Source: a bacterium (lineage in GTDB: Bacteria > Electryoneota > Electryoneia > Electryoneales > Electryoneaceae). Taken from it: a DNA stretch of 43,364 nt. The translations under genes were made by a program, and so were the position numbers. The stretch covers positions 1 to 43,364 of the forward strand of contig JAZDLX010000045.1 of assembly GCA_043801585.1 (NCBI GenBank), read 5' to 3'. Each line of letters starts with the position of its first letter. Within the stretch, counting starts at the first letter, position 1. Under the pieces are notes generated by a model that was not told the DNA's origin, searched no databases, and saw nothing but the letters and a program-made list of their open reading frames with translations. Of this stretch, positions 39,477-43,364 are shown in pieces.

Positions 39477-40217
39477 TCAGGCATGAGTGTCCACTGACGG
39501 TTGTGAGGACGTCGGGAAGGTTTTTACACCCAGCGCCCGAAACGCCTCCTGTTCAAGATGGTCCATGATCTCAATCAGTCGCTGTTCCCATATCGGGTAA
39601 TCGTCAGGATCGAGATTCGCGGGCACCTGCAGAGGGGGGGCGACATGAAACGCCACCTTCGCGTAGGGCAGCGGCCAGTCGTTCCGGTCCCAGTTCCCAA
39701 ACTGGATGTGGGGCCTTCCGATCCCCAGGCAGGGGAGGATCGGAACATTCGCCAGTGACGCCAGGGCGATAATCACGGCGTTGATGGACCGCCGGGGGCC
39801 TTCCGGTCCGTCAGGGATCAGTGCGATCGGTTTACCCGACCGAAGTGTTCGAATCAATCCTCGCAGCCCTGACAGTGGCTGATGCCCGCTTGACCCGCGA
39901 ATATACTGATACCCAATCGGGCCGACGACTCGGGCGATCAGTTCTCCCTCATAATGGGGACTGATCAGCGGAATCAGGCCGAGGTTGCGGAGGGTATAAA
40001 TTGCGACCGGCATGTCTCCGTGCCATGTGCAAAGGATGAAACTGCCTCGTTGCAGCGAGGATTGCAGATGTTCCCACCCATGCTTATGCATTCTCCACGA
40101 TGCTCCGATCAGGCGATACAGGGGTGGTGCGAGAGTCTCCACGAGATCCGGTATCAACCTCCCCAGCGTACCGGGAGGTTGACCGGGGATGAGGGACGGT
40201 GTCGGTTTTGATCTCAT
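39477..40217 (-). CDS. DUF374 / lysophospholipid acyltransferase-family protein
   Basis: WHG, LIS...EGE.IA, IRGSS, PDGPEGPR, WDR...PLP. ATG 40217 after GAGG. Confidence 0.8.
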   Translation of the reverse strand: MRSKPTPSLIPGQPPGTLGRLIPDLVETLAPPLYRLIGASWRMHKHGWEHLQSSLQRGSFILCTWHGDMPVAIYTLRNLGLIPLISPHYEGELIARVVGPIGYQYIRGSSGHQPLSGLRGLIRTLRSGKPIALIPDGPEGPRRSINAVIIALASLANVPILPCLGIGRPHIQFGNWDRNDWPLPYAKVAFHVAPPLQVPANLDPDDYPIWEQRLIEIMDHLEQEAFRALGVKTFPTSSQPSVDTHA

Positions 40218-40295
40218 GGTGTCACGACCTCTGTCGAAGACGGTTTGGTAAATGTAATAAATACATAGTGGTGGTTGGACCATTTGGAGCACCAT

Positions 40296-40322
40296 AAAAA
40301 GCCCGGCAGATGGCCGCCGGGC
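40296..40322 (-). terminator. Rho-independent terminator downstream of gmd
   Basis: Minus strand GCCCGGCGG-CCAT-CTGCCGGGC-TTTTT, 21 nt after the gmd stop. Confidence 0.75.
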
Positions 40323-40343
40323 GATGATGTTGTCAGATGATTT

Positions 40344-41357
40344 TCATTGTGCGCGGTGGTTTCGCGATTCGGCGACAATCCGCTCGTCTTCAGCCAGTCT
40401 CATGTCGTGTTCAACCATCATTTTCACCAGTTCATCGAAGGATACCCTGGCTTCCCAGCCGAGTACCTTTTTCGCTTTGCTCGGGTCACCAAGGAGATGG
40501 TTCACTTCCGTAGGGCGAAAGTAGCGTGGATCGATTTCGACGTATTTCTGCCAGTCCAACTCGAGCTGTCCGAAGATCTTTTCGACGAAATCCCGTACGG
40601 AGTACGCAACGCCCGTGGCTATGACAAAATCTTCTGGCTTTTCATGCTGCAGCATCCGCCACATCGCCTCGACGTAGTCTCCGGCATACCCCCAGTCGCG
40701 TTTTGCATCGAGGTTTCCCAGGAACAGTTGCTTTTGCAGTCCCAGTTTGATGCGCGTTGCGGCACGGGTGATCTTGCGTGTGACAAAGGTCTCGCCACGG
40801 CGTGGACTCTCATGATTGAACAGGATCCCGTTCACAGCGAAAATATCATAAGCCTCGCGATAGTTGATCACCTGGTGAAATGAATAGACTTTCGCGCAGG
40901 CGTACGGACTCCGAGGATGAAAGAGTGTCGTTTCGTTTTGTGGCGGAGGGGCGGCGCCGTACATCTCGCTGGAAGAGGCCTGATAGAATTTGATCTTGGG
41001 GTTGATCCGGCGAATGGCCTCCAGGAGGCGAAGCGTTCCGAGTGCGTCAATGTCAACGGTGTAAACAGGTTTATCGAAGCTGACACGGACATGAGACTGG
41101 GCGCCGAGATGGTAGACCTCGTCAGGCTGGACATCCGTGAGCAGCCAGGATAGTGAATTCCCGTCCGACAGGTCGCCATAATGCAGTTTCAACGGGGGTT
41201 GCTCATGTGGATCACGGTAGAGATGGTCGATACGATTTGTATTGAACGAGCTGCTGCGCCGGATGATCCCATGGACCTCATAGCCTTTGGACAGTAAAAG
41301 TTCCGTCAGGTAGGAACCGTCCTGACCGGTAATGCCAGTGATCAACGCTTTCTTCAT
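40344..41357 (-). CDS. gmd: GDP-mannose 4,6-dehydratase
   Basis: [68 protein letters not shown]. Confidence 0.97.
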   Translation of the reverse strand: MKKALITGITGQDGSYLTELLLSKGYEVHGIIRRSSSFNTNRIDHLYRDPHEQPPLKLHYGDLSDGNSLSWLLTDVQPDEVYHLGAQSHVRVSFDKPVYTVDIDALGTLRLLEAIRRINPKIKFYQASSSEMYGAAPPPQNETTLFHPRSPYACAKVYSFHQVINYREAYDIFAVNGILFNHESPRRGETFVTRKITRAATRIKLGLQKQLFLGNLDAKRDWGYAGDYVEAMWRMLQHEKPEDFVIATGVAYSVRDFVEKIFGQLELDWQKYVEIDPRYFRPTEVNHLLGDPSKAKKVLGWEARVSFDELVKMMVEHDMRLAEDERIVAESRNHRAQ

Positions 41358-41478
41358 CTCATCCCCTGCGAGGCTGTGGTGAAAAGGGTGGTGGCACCCT
41401 CAATGAAGGTCTTCTGTTGATATTTCCTTCGGCGGAAACGGCTCTTTCCCGCCTGTTATTGCGGGAAGCCGACTCCGT

Positions 41479-42057
41479 TCACTTCTGAAACAGTGCCCTC
41501 TCGCTGAGTTCGCATAACAGGTGCCCAACGAGTGAATGCATCTCCTGAATCCTCTGCGTGTCATCCGATGGCACGATGACATGGAAATCACAGACATCAT
41601 TCATTTTGCCGCCGCGGTTGCCGAGGATTCCAAGCGTTTTCGCGCCTTTCTCCCGCGCGGTTTCGGCGGCCTTCAGAAGATTGCCGGAATTTCCCGAAGT
41701 GGAGATCAGGATGACAAGATCGCCCTGTTGGGCGAGCGCTTCAATCTGGCGGGCGAATACGTTCTCGAACCCGATATCGTTTGCACCCGCGGTCAGGATT
41801 GACGTGTCGGTCGTCAACGCGATCGCCGCGAGGCCCGGTCGTTGCAGATCGTGCGAAAGACGAATCATCCATTCCGCCGCCCAGTGCTGGGCGTCGGCTG
41901 CGGATCCGCCGTTTCCCGCCAACAGCAGTTTGTTGCCCCGTTGCAGCGTGTCGGTGATTTCGACAACGGCCGTCTCGATGTTTTCGATGACACTTTCCAT
42001 GGCGCCGACAACTTTGGCATGATGGTGCAGCGCCTTGAGGATAGAATCTCTGATCAT
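41479..42057 (-). CDS. gmhA: Phosphoheptose isomerase (SIS domain)
   Basis: GNGGSAADAQH, LT..AND.GF..VFARQ, ISTSGNS, QRIQEMH...GH. Start is uncertain; the ORF extends to 42144. Confidence 0.92.
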   Translation of the reverse strand: MIRDSILKALHHHAKVVGAMESVIENIETAVVEITDTLQRGNKLLLAGNGGSAADAQHWAAEWMIRLSHDLQRPGLAAIALTTDTSILTAGANDIGFENVFARQIEALAQQGDLVILISTSGNSGNLLKAAETAREKGAKTLGILGNRGGKMNDVCDFHVIVPSDDTQRIQEMHSLVGHLLCELSERALFQK

Positions 42058-42253
42058 CCCGATGGTTCCCGGATTCAAGTGGATGTCCAATTGTACGAAA
42101 ATTCCCCGCGCAGGAATGTAACTACCCATAAGCGCAGTCCCCAACGTGAACGTGAATGGAGATGCGTCCGTTGGTATCCATTTGCATCAGTCGTATCTTG
42201 GACTTAATTCATCGAGAAATCACAGGGTTAGTGAAAAGTCCAAGGATGGATGA

Positions 42254-43285
42254 GTGAAAAAAATCCTGGTCACGGGCGCTGCGGGGTTTATCGGATACCA
42301 TTCCGCAAAACGTCTTCTGAACAAGGATGTGGAAGTGGTGGGCCTCGACTCGCTCAACGATTACTACGATCCCGCACTGAAACACGAACGTCTCCAGGAT
42401 CTCGAATCGAGCCCGGGTTTCCGGTTCATTCTGGGAGACCTCGCGGACCGCGATTTTACGCTCAGAACCCTTGGTGTAGAACGGTGGGATGTGGTGATCC
42501 ATCTCGCAGCGCAAGCCGGAGTCCGCTATTCGATCACCAATCCGTTTGCCTACGTTGACGCTAATCTCGTCGGATTTGCTAATCTTCTCGAGGGGTGCCG
42601 CCGCGCGGAAACACCGCACCTTCTTTTTGCCTCTTCAAGTTCGGTCTATGGGTTGAATGCACGATTGCCGTTTTCGGTCAGCGATAACGTCGATCATCCG
42701 ATTTCCCTGTATGCGGCGATTAAAAAATCCAACGAGCTGATGGCGCACGCCTACGCGCACCTGTTTCAACTGCCGGCAACCGGTCTCCGCTTCTTTACCG
42801 TATACGGACCTTGGGGCAGGCCGGACATGGCTTATTTCCGTTTCGCCCGCGCCATTGAACTCGGGGAGAAACTTCAGCTCTATGCCGGCGGCGTATTGAA
42901 GAGAGATTTTACTTACATCGACGATATCGTGGACGGCGTGGTTGCTCTCGCCGGCAAAATCCCGAAACCCAATCCTCATTGGAATCCGGAATCTCCCGAT
43001 CCGTCGTCCAGTCCGGCGCCTTACAGGCTGTACAACATCGGGGCGGGACATCCCGAGCCGACCTTGGAGTTGCTGCGTCTGCTGGAATTGGAGCTCGGTA
43101 AAGCAGCAATCGTCGAAAAGATAGGGATGCAGCCGGGAGACGTCGAATCCACATGGGCGGATGTAAAGAGCCTGCACGACGCCATCGGCTATCAGCCGAA
43201 AATTTCCCTTGCGGAAGGCGTTCGTCGTTTCGTTGAATGGTTCAGGAATCACTATTCCGGCGGGCGACCGATTCCGAAAGCGTAA
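42254..43285 (+). CDS. NAD-dependent epimerase, UDP-glucuronate 4-epimerase-like
   Basis: TGAAGFIG.H, LNDYYD..LK..RL, HLAAQAGVRYS, ASSSSVYG, RFFTVYGPWGRPDMA, RDFTYIDDIV, MQPGDV. Confidence 0.9.
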   Translation: MKKILVTGAAGFIGYHSAKRLLNKDVEVVGLDSLNDYYDPALKHERLQDLESSPGFRFILGDLADRDFTLRTLGVERWDVVIHLAAQAGVRYSITNPFAYVDANLVGFANLLEGCRRAETPHLLFASSSSVYGLNARLPFSVSDNVDHPISLYAAIKKSNELMAHAYAHLFQLPATGLRFFTVYGPWGRPDMAYFRFARAIELGEKLQLYAGGVLKRDFTYIDDIVDGVVALAGKIPKPNPHWNPESPDPSSSPAPYRLYNIGAGHPEPTLELLRLLELELGKAAIVEKIGMQPGDVESTWADVKSLHDAIGYQPKISLAEGVRRFVEWFRNHYSGGRPIPKA

Positions 43286-43328
43286 GCGATGAGTGGCCTT
43301 TAACACAAACTGGATGGACAGAAGCGAG

Positions 43329-43364
43329 ATGAACATTGTGGTTACAGGCGGCGCGGGATTCATC
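43329..43364 (+). CDS. Start of an NAD-dependent epimerase/dehydratase (possibly dTDP-glucose 4,6-dehydratase RfbB), truncated by the window edge
   Basis: MNIVVTGGAGFI Rossmann motif; only 12 codons are visible. Confidence 0.6.
   Translation, partial: MNIVVTGGAGFI

Overview
Bacterial genomic window, probably from a diderm FCB-related lineage, judged from the YPNPFNP...ASGLYF C-terminal sorting domain and a TonB receptor. It has three parts. (1) 1-7618: a giant secreted FN3-like/FG-GAP repeat protein (5'-truncated), a CsgG-like protein, and a lipoprotein sharing domains with the giant protein. (2) Nucleotide-sugar/LPS genes split into two groups: gmhB, rfbD/C/A and fcl at 7.9-12 kb; DUF374, gmd, gmhA, a UDP-glucuronate epimerase and a probable rfbB start at 39.5-43.4 kb. 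(3) Between them, a ~26 kb LacI-regulated phytate/myo-inositol locus: lacI and a TonB-dependent receptor on +, converging with 18 co-directional genes on - (iolM, iolN, iolO, sugar ABC transporter, two iolG, GlpT-type MFS, PPi-type inositol kinase, secreted metallophosphoesterase, beta-propeller phytase, uxaE, uxuB, gnd, LarA-family epimerase, PPi-type PfkA-family kinase, HAD hydrolase). Four near-identical LacI-type operators (RTGWAATCGTTTACAT) link the three promoters. The inferred route is phytate -> inositol -> tagaturonate -> fructuronate -> mannonate -> gluconate -> 6-phosphogluconate. No canonical gluconate kinase is present, so the PfkA-like enzyme is a candidate for that step. Two inverted ~58-bp palindromic repeats (7.8 kb and 39.3 kb) bracket a segment whose inversion would reunite the split nucleotide-sugar genes. 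All family calls are from motif recognition by eye, without database searches.
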